NCBI RefSeq assembly: GCF_037042905.1
Contig: NC_087251.1
Location: 14,510,001-14,574,000, forward strand
Length of the DNA stretch: 64,000 nucleotides
DNA from: Lytechinus pictus
Lineage: Eukaryota
Direction of reading: 5' to 3'
Both the position numbers and the translations under genes were made by a program. Position 1 is the stretch's first letter; every line of letters starts with the position of its first letter. Under the pieces are notes generated by a model. The model saw only the letters and a list, made by a program, of their open reading frames with translations. It had not been told where the DNA came from and ran no database searches. This document shows, piece by piece, positions 13,789 through 26,746 of this stretch.

Positions 13789-14048
13789 ACTGCCTGAAAG
13801 ACACTCAGACATTCGTTTTTACCACTTCATGTCGGTAGCTGATACCCCTCGGGGCCCACTTTTCAGGATGTGCAGTGATGCGAGAGACATTGTGCAACAA
13901 CTGAAACCACCCATGCGTGAAATTGATTACAGCGTGTTTAAGGACATTTAGGACAGTTGTACTGAGGTATTTCCAGAAATAAAACACCCTGTATAAAATC
14001 TTTATGTACGTTTTAAAAAGTGGTCCTTAACTTTTTTTGAGTAGTGTA

Positions 14049-15110
14049 TATGTCTTGCAGAACTATACCTCAAAACCAATGTGTGAGCCAACTTTTATAA
14101 GAACTGGTTGTAAACTAATGAAGGAGTTCAGATTTTCACCTAATTCATTATGTAATATGTTGTTACCATGGTAACACGATTTCTGATACAGACAAAAATA
14201 TATATTAGACATCTTCACCTCAACATAAATGTATGTGCCAATTTTTTTTATAGAATTGACCACTTGGAAACTGATAAAATAGGTCAAATCACTAAATTTT
14301 CATCTTTGATATTTGATTTGTTACCATGGCAACATGATTTTTTTATAAAGTCATAAATATATATTTTGCACATCTTCACATCAAGACTAATGTTTGTGCC
14401 ACATTTCATGAGAATTGGTTAAAACTGGGGAAGTAGTTGGAATTGCAAGATTTTTATATAAGTTTTGCCATAATATACCGTTACCATGGCAACACAATTT
14501 CTGACATATGCAAAAATGTGTCTTCCAAATTTTCACCTAAAGACTAAAGTCTGTGCCAAATATCATGAGAAATGGTTTAAAAATTCTAAAGTAATAAAAA
14601 CCACAAGTTTTTCACCTAATTTTCGATATTTAATATGTTGTTACCATGGCAACGCAATTATATACTTTAGGCATAGAATACGTTTTGCACATCTTCACAA
14701 TAAGACTAATGTATGTGCCAAATTTCATGAGAATTGGTTAAAAACTGAGGAAGTAGTTGGAACAGCAAGATTTATACATAGCTTTTGCCATAATATACCG
14801 TTACCATGGCAACACAATTTCCGACACATTAAAAAATGTGTCTTGCACATCTTTACCTCAAAATCAATGTGTGAGCCAACTTTCTTGAGAATTGGTAGAA
14901 AACTGATGAAAGTATTTTATACGGCAAAATTTTGGCCACAATATACTGTTACCATGGCAACACAATCTCCAAAAAAGGAGAAAAAAACTTCTTACACTTC
15001 CTTACCTTGAGAACAATGTGTGTTCCAAATTTCATGAAAATCGGTTAAAAACTGAGAAAGTAGCTTGTAATGCAATATAGGCATAAATTCTAAAAAATTG
15101 TTGGCCATGA
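14049..15110. repeat. ~160-bp tandem repeat array with GTTACCATGGCAAC core (begins ~11600, interrupted by the Tc1)
   Basis: Core recurs at ~11709, 14162, 14320, 14480, 14640, 14800 and 14949 with the shared motif ccaaatttcatgagaattgg. Confidence 0.85.
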
Positions 15111-15683
15111 TTTGTTGGATTTAAACCAGGCTTAAACTACCCCCTGCGCGAGTTTAACTTTTTGAGGATTTATTACCACACTTAGACCAGGGTTAACTTA
15201 AACCTTGCTATCGGAATACGAAACTTAAACCTAGGTTTAAATATGGCAGTTTATTACCACACTTAGACCAGGGTTAAGTTAAACCACGCTATCAGAATAC
15301 GGGCCTTTGTGTTTAAGAATTAGATCTAATTAGAGGGGCGTAACAGGGGTCGGTTGCCAGGGGGCAAGAGCAAAAATACTTCCCGGTCATGAAAAGGCAG
15401 TGGCTTAACGAGGCAAAATTTTTGATGTGGCCAGATGGTGTATAGGCAGTTTATTATATCTCAAGATGCGCCAAGGGAGCAAAAATGTCATAATTTTATT
15501 TTACGAACCGGCTCAAACCTAATTTTCGGTCAAATTTTCGAAATCTATTTTTTTTGCATATTCTGAAAGTCCTTGATTCACTCTATTGATTTTCCAAATT
15601 TCAGATCAAAATTCGTTTAATATACAGAATAAGAGCATATTTAATTCTTTTACGAACCGGCTCAACCCCTCCTTCGATTTTAT

Positions 15684-16170
15684 ACAAATAGCGAATAGGC
15701 ATGAGTGCGATGGTGCGAGATTTCGCATGAGGTGAAAGAAAGATGCTCTATTCAACGAGGCGTGAGCCGAGTTGAATAGTGCGTTTCTTTCTTTCACCGA
15801 ATGCGAAATCTCGCACCATTGCACTCATGCCTATTCGCTATTTGTGTTGTACAATGCCTCGGAATTTAGCGAAAATATGAAAAAAACAAAGAGTTTATCC
15901 CTATAGTAATCTATGAAAAGGGAGCAAAAATACGGAAAGCAGAAAGCAAAATCCCACAAGCGCACATGACCTTGGGCAGCCTTGTATGCGCATTTAGCCA
16001 GCTGGCTTATACGCGTATTGTTCATTTTTACCGAGCGCAATGAATTAAATCGTATTGGTACATTTTGGACGGTACATTTTGGATGGTACGTCTTTTGTGC
16101 AACGGTACGAATGTTTGACATTCAGCCTCCCATTTGCTCGCGTGCAACAAGCTAAGTAGGCGTTGTACAA
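15684..16170. mobile_element. MITE-like element with internal ~160-bp palindrome
   Basis: acaaatagcgaataggcatgagtgcgatggtgcgagatttcgcat ... atgcgaaatctcgcaccattgcactcatgcctattcgctatttgt (15684-15846). Confidence 0.55.
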
Positions 16171-16260
16171 TACGAACTGGCTCACACTATTATCTATAAA
16201 GTCTCTGAAATGGCGCGCTCAGGTCAACGACCCGACCTAGATGCTGCGCGTATGTGCTTA

Positions 16261-18642
16261 CCGTGTTTACACTTGATCGGCTTTTGCATCGGCTTTTTCA
16301 TAGCGTGTAAACGCGATTAACTTGCATCGGCCTTCAGTTCAGAACCGGCAATTTGCACCACCATAGTAGGTTCTGAACCGCGAGCCGATGCAGAATCGGC
16401 TTTTTTTACTGTGTGTAAACAGAAAGCCGATTCTGCATCGGCAATTGGTACGCATTTCATTTACTTTACCATTGTGACGTAATTGTAAGAGCATGGATCC
16501 AGTGTTGTCTTTATTATGACGTATATTTTTGGTGTGCGTATCATTTCAGGTTTTTGCATCGGCTCGCGGTTCTGAACCGCGAGCTGTAACAGCGTGTAAA
16601 CGCAGTGCAAGATAAATCAAAAGCCGTTTCTGCATCGGCTTTTGGTTCTGAACCAAAAGCCAATCAAGTGTAAACACGGTATGAAAATCATGCGCATCGC
16701 ATGAATGATTTTTATCGTGTTTACATGACTGTGATCGGATTTTGGTTCAGAACCAAAAGCCGATGCAGAATCGGCTTTTGGTTTATCTTGCACCGCGTTT
16801 ACACGCTGTTACAGCTCACGGTGCAGAATCGGCTCGCGTGGCAAAAACCTGAAATGATACGCGCACCAACAATATACGTCATAATAAAGACAACGCTGGA
16901 TCCGTGCCCTTTGAAGTACGTACGTCATAAATTACCGTGTTTACACTTAATCGGCTTTTGATCCGGCTCGCGGTTCTGAACCGCGAGCCGATGCAGCATC
17001 GGCTTTTTCATAGCGTGTAAACGCGATTAACTTGCATCGGCTCGCGGTTCAAAACCGGCAATTTGCACCACCAAAGTAGTAGGTTCTGAACCGCGAGCCG
17101 ATGCAGAATCGGCTCTTTTACTACGTGTAAACAGAAAGCCGATTCTGCATCGGCAATTTGTGCGCATTTCATTTACTTTACCATTGTGACGTAATTGTAA
17201 GCGCATGGATCCAGTGTTGTCTTTATTATGACGTATATTTTTGGTGTGCGTATCATTTCAGGTTTTTGCATCGGCTCGCGGTTCTGAACCGCGAGCTGTA
17301 ACAGCGTGTAAACGCAGTGCAAGATAAACCAAAAGCCGTTTCTGCATCGGCTTTTGGTTCTGAACCAAAAGCCAATCAAGTGTAAACACGGTATGAAAAT
17401 CATGCGCATCGCATGAATGATTTTTATCGTGTTTACATGACTGTGATCGGATTTTGGTTCAGAACCAAAAGCCGATGCAGAATCGGCTTTTGGTTTATCT
17501 TGCACCGCGTTTACACGCTGTTACAGCTCACGGTGCAGAATCGGCTCGCGTGGCAAAAACCTGAAATGATACGCGCACCAACAATATACGTCATAATAAA
17601 GACAACGCTGGATCCGTGCCCTTTGAAGTACGTACGTCATAAATTACCGTGTTTACACTTAATCGGCTTTTGATCCGGCTCGCGGTTCTGAACCGCGAGC
17701 CGATGCAGCATCGGCTTTTTCATAGCGTGTAAACGCGATTAACTTGCATCGGCTCGCGGTTCAAAACCGGCAATTTGCACCACCAAAGTAGTAGGTTCTG
17801 AACCGCGAGCCGATGCAGAATCGGCTCTTTTACTACGTGTAAACAGAAAGCCGATTCTGCATCGGCAATTTGTGCGCATTTCATTTACTTTACCATTGTG
17901 ACGTAATTTTAAGCGCACGGATCCAGCGTTGTCTTTATTATGACGTATATTGTTGGTGTGCGTAACATTTCAGGATTTTGCATCGGCTCGCGGTTCTGAA
18001 CCGCGAGCTGTAACAACGTGTAAACGCAAACCAAAAGCCGATCAAGTGTAAACACGGTAATAGGTGAAGTAAATGAAATGCGCGCCAATTGCCGATGCAG
18101 AATCGGTTTTCTGTTTACACGTAGTCAAAAAGCCGATTCTGCATCGGCTTGCGGTTCTGAACCTACAACATTGGCGGTACAAAATTGCAGATTCTGAACC
18201 GAGAGCTGATGCAAGTTAATTGCGTTTACACGCAACAAAAAAGCCGATTCTGCATCGGCTCGCGGTTCAGAACCGCGAGCCGATGCAGAGTCGGCTTTTT
18301 TTATGCAGCGTGTAAACACGGTATTTACGAACTGGCGCTGGGTTTGTGCCGCTAATACCGTGTTTACACTTGATCGGCTTTTGGTTCAGAACCAAAAGCC
18401 GATGCTGAATATACGTCATAATAAAGACAACTCTCGATCCGTGCGCTTACAATTACGTCACAATGGTAAAGTAAATGAAATGCGCACCAATTGCCGATGC
18501 AGAATCGGCTTTCTGTTTACACGTAGTAAAAAAGCCGATTCTGCATCGGCTTTTGGTTTATCTTGCACTGCGTTTACACGCTGTAACAGCTCGCGGTTCA
18601 GAACCGCGAGCCGATTCTAAAGCCGATTAAGTGTAAACACGG
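16261..18642. repeat. Cluster of palindromic MITEs (ccgtgtttacac termini) including a 712-bp tandem duplication
   Basis: Repeated ccgtgtttacact..atcggctttt / aaaagcc..tcaagtgtaaacacgg termini. Identical ORFs at 16701 and 17413 give an offset of 712. Confidence 0.85.
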
Positions 18643-20920
18643 TATAAAAATCAGTGCGCATGGTGCGCATGATTTTACGAACTGGCTCAAACCCCCTGTT
18701 TTGGGGAAAATTAGCTGCTTCTAAAATGCATGCTTGCACTTCATTTCAATTATCAAGAGAATGAATACGAATCACTGACGAATTTTTATTTTTTTAATCA
18801 ACTTTTCTGAAACATTTTTACATATTATTCAGAAAATGATATCATATTTCACCCTTCTCTATTCCCCTTTCTGTTTTTATGTACGCCACTGTTAGCATGA
18901 TTGCTTGCTTATTCGCGAGCATTAGGGCGAAGCTCTATGCGGCAGTAGCATATAAAAGTGAGTAAAAAAAAAGAGGGGCACAGTATGGCGCATGCGGCAA
19001 AAAATTGTATTATATTAGAGTCATTTGGCCTTTTGAAATTAAATTCTAATTATGTGATAGATTTGTCATAATATTCAAGCAAATAACATAATTCATTGTC
19101 TCCCATTCATTTGATTTCGTTGTCTCCTTTATGTTCTTGTGTTTCCCCTTGGCTGTGGAACCATGCATGCAACCGCCCCCCCCCCCTCTGTACGCCAGTG
19201 CTTCAATAATTGGCATAAAACTTAAAGCAGGAAAGGTGCATACAGGAGGTTCGTTATAGAGCCATTTGAAGGTTACAGATAAAAAGCTCCTATTGCATGA
19301 TGGGGTCTGGGGCAACTACTGTAGAGTCATATAACGTATTATAGGAGGATATGTCTAGCCCTTGGCTAACTTTTTTGGTAATAATTGCTCCCGTTATTGT
19401 AAAAAAAAATAGCAAGCTTATAGTAGACGTTATACACAATGTTATATGCCATTCATCTTTCTTCCCGTTCTTTATTTTCAATCCTCGATAGCCCGTTCAT
19501 GTGTTTAACTTCTCTTTTTTTTTCTTAGTCCCTTTTTTTTCATTTTCCAATTTAGCTTTTGGCTCATTCCAATCTACCTTCATTTCCCGCTTTTGTTTGC
19601 TAAATCTATTTTACTTCCCTTTTCTTACTAATCACGCTAGCAAATTAGTATTTCTGAATGGTGCTTTCTCACGAGTTCTTCTTTCCTTCCTTTTCCCGTT
19701 TTTCTTCCGTTTTCTCTTTATGTTTTTTTCTTAGTTTTTCACTTTTTCCATTTTCCCCTTTCTTCCTTTTTCTTAATATTTAGGTTAGGAAATCATGAAG
19801 ACCATACATATCTCACCATAGTCATCTAATGAGAACGCCAAGCGCTTGCTGATTTTGTTAGAATATTGCGAGCACGAAGCGCAAGCTGAAAATTTTTGAA
19901 AATCGGACCTGAAGAGGGGCATTCTAATGCTTGTTCGCATAAATTCAGACCATACGTATTTCACTAACCAAATAATGCGAGCGCGAAACGCGACCTGATT
20001 TTTTTTTATATTCAGACCAGAAAAGGGGAAATTTTAAGGACTGTTTTTAAGAATTTATGAAGAGTAGACATATCTCACCAATCCACTAATGCGAACGTAA
20101 GCACGGACTGGAAATGTTTTATACTCAGGCCTTAAAATGGGGCAATCACATCATGTCATGAAAAAGAAGCATATGTCACTACATGAAACAATAAAAACTC
20201 GAAGTGAGAGGGAATAAAGTACTGAAAACGGGATGTTTTAGTACAACATGATTAGATATCTCATTAAACAGACAATGCGACACCAGGATATATGTTTCAT
20301 AAAGTTATTGAAAATATTTCTTATGTAATATAATACATATAAAATGATATACCATAATATAATATAATGTAATATACAATAATTTCTTCTTCCTCCACTA
20401 CTTTTATCTTTCTTTCACCCTCTTTCTCCTCTTCCCCTGTTTTTTTTTTTCGCTAACTGATGGGGGGGGGGCATGTGCCCCCCCCCCCTGTAGTTGACGC
20501 CACTGCTAACACAATTACCTATTGATTTGTTTATGTCTTGATGACTTTGTTCAATTCTGAAAAGCATATGTGGGACAGTGTATGAATATTGCTTCGAAAA
20601 ATATCCGACATTTGATGGAATTCCGTGCTTATCAGTTTCCTCATTTCTCAGCACAAATTTCGCATTTTGTTTCAGAGCTATTTGGCAAATATTACATACA
20701 AACACTTTAGTAGTACTTTTATTGGATTCTGTTTGAACTCATTTTGAGATCGTAATTCTTTAATCCCAACCTTTACGTTTACTTAATTAAACCAATGAGA
20801 TCAACCCCCTAGCCTACGCTAGCCGTAGCCTAGCCTAGAATTTTGTCCTGTCATTCATGGCAATTTGATAAGTGTATAAGAATTGGAATGAGATGTAGAT
20901 CTAAGCCTGAGGCCTAGAAG

Positions 20921-21018
20921 CATGGGCGGTGGAAGCGGGGGGGGGGGGGGGACGTGTCCCCCCTAAATTTGAGGTGGGGGTGGTCCCCCCTAATTTTTTT
21001 TGGCTTCCGCCGCCAATG
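20921..21018. mobile_element. 98-bp minimal hAT-type MITE
   Basis: 8-bp TSD cctagaag on both sides; termini catgggcggtggaagc / gcttccgccgccaatg. Confidence 0.8.
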
Positions 21019-22279
21019 CCTAGAAGGGCAATTTATTGAGGGTGCTGATTCATGATGGCATGCATGCAACGCGAACGACCCAAAACGACCACACGACGTA
21101 TGTAGGGGTGTATGTACGTATGCATGCATGTGTGTATGTATGTATGTATATAAATATGTAAAAAAACTTTTTTTATCCATATTTTACTGCTCGAAATAGA
21201 CATGAAATGAAATACTCCGAAAATTTGCTTTGCCCAATTGATCGTGGGCCCGGCAGCAAAATTATTTTTCCTACCGCAGTTGTGGACATCAATATGAATA
21301 TTCATGATTTCGTCTTTGGAATAAGACTACGCATGCGCGTTGCATGACGACATAATGAATCAGCACCCGAAAATTGCCGTTACCCTGTAGGCCCAGCTGA
21401 GGCCTTATATACGCTTAGATCTATATCTATATCTAGATCCAATTCCTAAACACTTATCAAATTGCCATTAATGACAAGACAAAATGTTATGCTATACATA
21501 GGCTGTTGCTATATAGCCTAGGCTAGGGCATTAACTGTATCTCAATGAATCTGGACCTGTTTAATGCCTGCGGCCAACTAATGGTTAACTTAATTATAAC
21601 TGGTTAATTCTGAACTTACACGTTTAGATCTACTTACGTTAGACCAATGGGTTTTGCAGCCTTGGTTTAATAGGTCTAGTCCGTATAGTCCTAGATCTAA
21701 ATAAATTTAGTTTAGATCTAGTCTAGTCTCTAGATCTAGATCTTGATAGACCACTCTGATCTACATAACGTCAGTGCGCAGAAAATGCATGTGAATGTTT
21801 AACGCGCGGCTCTGAATTGCTATTTCAATCGCCGATCGCAGGAGTAAACTCTCTTAAATCAACAAAATGTAATTGATTGATAAGCATTTTCTTTAAAAAT
21901 TACTAAGTTTGTAATTTCCCGTGCTCGAAATAGGCAATTGTTTAACTAGTTCTATATATACGGACTAGACTTAACCAAGCTCATTATAGTCGGCTGCAGG
22001 CATTAGACAGGTCCATATTTGAAATTAAGTAAATGCCCTAGGCTAGGCCTAAAATTTTGTCTTGTCATTAATAACAATTTGATAAGTGTTTAAGAATTGG
22101 ATCGAGATATAGATCTAAGGCCTAAGCTATAGGGTAGGCCTACCAGCAATTTGAGGGAGCTGATTCATTCATGGCATGCAACGCGAACGGCTACAATTTT
22201 GTAAAGAGAAGGCCACGCGCATGCGTAGTCTTATTCCGAAGACGCAAGTCATGAATATTCAAATTGATGTCCACAACTA

Positions 22280-22455
22280 CGGTGGTAAAAATAATTTCGC
22301 GGCCCGGCAGCCGCTGTGCAGCGCCAGATCGACAAATCGTTGAACGCCAGACAGGGTAGCACTCTTTTCACGTCTTTTGGTCTGACGCGGCCGCGGTTTG
22401 AACTCCCGACCTCCCGGTTGTGAGACGGACGCTCTCCCAACTGAGCCAACACACC
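22280..22455 (-). mobile_element. tRNA-derived SINE
   Basis: Minus strand ggtgtgtTGGCTCAGTTGGgagagcg...gggAGTTCAAACCgcggcc gives Pol III A and B boxes, followed by non-tRNA body (gtcagaccaaaagacgtgaaaa). Confidence 0.75.
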
Positions 22456-25400
22456 TGTGATAAGTATGTATATAGATATACCGAAAAGACGGGGAAAACA
22501 TAACTTCTGAAATATGCTCCAGATATGTTGGAGATTATTAAAACGATATGGACTTGCCTTACAGAGTTAAATATATTAATATTTCAAACAGTAAAAAAAA
22601 TGATGTGTAATCCTCTGCGAACGCCTCTGGTTTTTGTCGGAATGGGGCGACATGTGCCATATCCCTTCAAAAGATAGTTAAATATACATGTAATGTATAG
22701 ATCTGTTTAATATATTCAAATATTCATCATACATGTATATCAAAATTTGTTCTTGAACGCCTGAAAGCTCGCCAAAAGCTTGCCAGAAAAAGCTGGAATT
22801 TAGGTGTAAATGTTTAATATATACATTTGATATATTAACACGTTAAAGAAATACCTCGTATTAAATCAAGTTCACAGGAAAAAAATGTCCATAAATTTGA
22901 TTCACCAAGTAAACAGGCTTATTCATTATATCATTGTTTAGATATTATTTTTTTAGAGTGAATATGATGCATATAAAACGGGATTCATACTTACTAAGAG
23001 GATTAAGTTTTATAATGAGCTCGAAATAAAAGACTTCAGTGTTCTTTCAAAATTGATAAATACTTTTGTTTATTAGCTTCGTCATGTTGAGAAAAAATAA
23101 CACCCTGAAGTTGTATTTTATACAATTGATGTGATCATAACTGTTGCCTACAATCTCTATTACAATGATTTGCGATATGAAGCATTAATTATGTCGACCT
23201 TTTTCAGTGACAACTTTCACCACACTTATCACTTTTTTTCTGCAAGATCACTTAACTAAAAACAAAATTACACCCAGGCACATTGTTACATCATTACTAA
23301 TCACAACAAGTAGTAAACATTTGAATACCCTCTGTGAAGGGGATTGCGAAAAATATTACTTTCAAGGCGATTTGAATGTTATTATTTTTCAGATGTCAAC
23401 CCTCTCTGATGAGGTGATAAAACGTCTCATGAAGAAACATAGATTGTTTGCAAGCTTGCTTCAAACAAGATCGAATCAAAACTTGTCCAAGACAAGAGAC
23501 AGTCACAGTCGCTTGTGAAGAGAACATGGAAGAGAGAAAGGGAGGGAGAGGGGGATGGGAGACTCACATTTGCTTGACAACAGAGCATGGTAGAAGCGAA
23601 AAAGAGACAGAGAGAGGGCCGGCCGACCGGGATTAGGGGACTTTTGGGCTGTGGTATAACAAAATGCTGATGTGTAAGTAATATGATTTTTACATTTAAC
23701 ATGAAAGATTTTCGAGAACTCAAATGTGACTGGACATAGCTCTGTATTTATAGTAGCGGTCCGTGGATGTGGGAAATAGGAAAATTAATAGTTTTGCTAC
23801 ATGTACTTTTTTCCATGTTTACTTACAGAAAATAGCGGTGATATTCAAAATAGAATACTGATACTAGGGGAGTATAATAAGATCATCATGATCGAAATGT
23901 CACCTCTCCAAAACTAACTGGTTGCTTACATACATACAATCAAGTGATAAAACTTTCCGACTTACTTTTTTGAATGATGATGCACTCTCAAAAGAAATCA
24001 GTCAAAACGACTTGTTAATCGGGTCATGACAGCTGGGTGCAACTGTATTTGACTATTTTTCTAGGCGTAATTTACTATAACAGAGTTATTTCTAACTATA
24101 GAATATGCGTCAGAAATGTGACTAAACGTATCAGTTGCACTCAGTTGACTACTGATCAAGTCAATTTGACTGATTAGTTTTAAGAGTGTGTGTATATAGG
24201 CCTACATAGGACAACTCACTTTATAAAATAACGTTGTTTCCTTTAATAAGCAAATTAATGGTCTTCTTGTAACAGCTGTAGCTGTAATAGCTGTAGCTAT
24301 TACAACAGCGCACAATGCACGTGAACAGTAAATAGTTTTCGCAAAATTACATTTACTATATTACTTTATACAAGTGACACTTATCATACAATACATACAT
24401 AATAAAAATCCCAATTTTCACATAAAGTATTACATTTGATGAATAACATGTGGCTTTGAAAACATTTATACAAGCTATGTGCACATAACGGACTTCCATG
24501 AAGGTCCTGTACAATGAATGTACTTGTAGACCGATATCTCTTACATTTCCCGATCCATTTTATGCAGACGACAGTAACCATGGAAACTGATTTATAAATC
24601 GTCCGGATACTCGGTTCTTATGAAGTTTCCTAGTTTTTACCGGTAAGAAAAAGACATGGGAAGAAGATCTGTAAGTTATGATCTATGTCATCGGATAAAT
24701 GATAAGTCTTTGTATCATTATGATCAGATCCTGCTTATCTCAATATGTTCATTCGATTAGATTTTCTCTCGGAATATGATCTGAAGTGATTAAAGTGGTG
24801 ATTTCAACATTTTCTTTTATTCCTAGATATAGGACTTATCTCATTTCTTTAACCATTGACACACTCGTTACCATTGACACGCGTGTTACCGTGTAATACT
24901 ATTGGCGCGAATGTTATTCCATTCAAACAGCTTTTGTTGTGGATTTGAAGAGGGTTGATACTGATCGCAACATGACCCCATGTAAAATATGTTAAGATTT
25001 TCATAAAATTTTCATAAAATTAAAAATCGAGCATAGCACCCATCTGCCCGTGTCGTGCATGAGGGGGGGGGGGGGGTTATGGATGTAATCTTCGTATAGA
25101 TAAATGCTTTCATTTAAAAAAGAACACCTGTAGGCTGGAATAATACTTATTTGAAAATTAAATCGCATGATTTCATTAAATATATCAGTCAGAAATTCCG
25201 TTTGTGGATAATTTTCTAAAAATTGTTCGAATATCAATATCATAAGATTCGACTTTGTTCCAAATAAAACATTTTTTTTTTACTTTTTTAGGACTTTTTT
25301 AAACTTTACTTTTATTCATTCGTAAGTATACATTTATGTTAAATCATACATTCATCTGTTATCTTCTTCGTTCACATAATCACTTATTTTCCATGAGTTT

Positions 25401-25853
25401 CACAAACTTATATTGTCAAGCTTGAGATTAGAATAAAGTCATGGCCCTGGGAATTAGCAGGATGCTTTTCCGGGGGGGGGGGTGCTGCGTGTGTAATTCT
25501 CCATAGGCAGCATCCCCTGGAATTCTGGTAGCTGTGGAAAAAAAAAGTTTTTTTTAGTTTGTTTCTATGTAAAATTTCTCTGGACCAAAATGTGAGTGAA
25601 ACCTTTTTTTTTTGCTTGTCAAAATTTCTCGGGGCCAAAATGCCCTTCATTCTAAAAAAACTCCTTTTTTTTCTTTTTGCTTGTCAAAATGACATCAGCA
25701 CCCTTTGTAAAAAAAAAATCATTCCCAGTGCCCTGAATAAAAATCGGTCAAAATGATATCATATTTTCACTTTTTGTGCTGGATGTGAAAACAATGGGTC
25801 GTAAATTTTAAGACATACAGACTATCAGTTCCTATATGCTCCCTATCAATTAA

Positions 25854-26456
25854 AGGTCAAGTCCACCTCAGAACAATGTTGATTTGAATTAATAGAGAAA
25901 AATCAGACAAGCACAATGCTGAAAATTTCATCAAAATCGAATGTAAAATAAGAAAGTTATGACATTTCAAAGTTTCGCTTATTTTCAACAAAATAGTTAT
26001 ATGAACGAGCCAGTTACATCCAAATGAGAGAGTCGATGATGTCACGCACTCACTATTTCTTTTGTTTTTTATTGTTTGAATTATACAATATTTCAATTTT
26101 TACGAATTTGACGATTAGGACCTCCTTGCCTGAAGCACAAAATGTTAAAATAATGGAATTCCACGAGTTCAGGGAGGAATGAAACTTCATTTCACATGAC
26201 AATGACGAGAAAATAAAAATATTTCATATTTCATATAATAGAATACAAAAGAAATAGTGAGTGAGTGATGTCATCAACTCTCTCATTTGGATGTAACTGG
26301 CTCGTTCATATAACTATTTTGTTGAAAATAAGCGAAACTTTAAAATGCCATAACTTTTTTATTTTACATCCGATTTTGATGAAATTTTCAGTGTTATGCT
26401 TGTTGAATTTTTCTCTTTTTATTCAAATCAAGTTTTTGTTGGGGTGGACTTGTCCT
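25854..26456. mobile_element. TTAA-flanked MITE with ~200-bp TIRs, ~95 bp downstream of the GPB5 stop codon
   Basis: ttaa|aggtcaagtccacc ... ggtggacttgtcct|ttaa; mirrored ORFs at 25857 and 26265; related copy at 50170-50768. Confidence 0.85.
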
Positions 26457-26551
26457 TTAAAGGGCATATTGCACCTTTGCGATTCAAATCGTGGTTGCAC
26501 AGACACTAACATGATGGCGTAAACAAGGTACAGTATATGCTAGAGATCAAA

Positions 26552-26746
26552 TTAAAGCGATAATCCAAAGCAGAATGTGTTATATGGTGAACAGTTTCGA
26601 CATTTACAGCTCCTAGCGTTCCGGTAGGTATAGGTCCTGTTCACACCTGGATCACAATCATCAAGTTCTATCGTCGCAAGCTGGACTTGGTGGTATGAAC
26701 ACATCTCGTGGTGCGAAGACTTGAACGGAAATTCTAATTCTGGGAC
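26552..26746 (-). CDS. GPHB5: Glycoprotein hormone beta-5 (thyrostimulin beta), last coding exon
   Basis: cag acceptor at 26749-26747, phase 0: VPELEFPFKSSHHEMCSYHQVQLATIELDDCDPGVNRTYTYRNARSCKCRNCSPYNTFCFGLSL*. Contains the CxCxxC cystine-knot motif. Confidence 0.92.
   Translation of the reverse strand, partial: VPELEFPFKSSHHEMCSYHQVQLATIELDDCDPGVNRTYTYRNARSCKCRNCSPYNTFCFGLSL

Larger units (their letters stand above)
11750..14046. mobile_element. Palindromic (fold-back) Tc1 element
   Basis: TA|cactactcaaaaaaagttaaggaccac ... gtggtccttaactttttttgagtagtg|TA. Arms 11750-12744 and 13051-14046 are reverse complements (coordinates sum to 25796), and the ORF track shows mirrored ORFs. Confidence 0.95.
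9511..15305. mobile_element. Large non-autonomous PIF/Harbinger-like element carrying nested insertions
   Basis: TIR ggcccgtattctgatagc ... gctatcagaatacgggcc, TTT on both flanks (3-bp TSD), ggtttaa/ttaaacc subterminal repeats. Confidence 0.75.

Noticed and set aside
14486..15010. 174-aa ORF
   Set aside because: Chance open frame across the 160-bp tandem repeat.
22380..22455. tRNA gene
   Set aside because: A and B boxes are present but no proper acceptor stem is evident and the sequence runs into a SINE body.
23392..23640. Possible exon after a ttttcag acceptor
   Set aside because: No recognisable domain and no partner exon giving a sustained frame.
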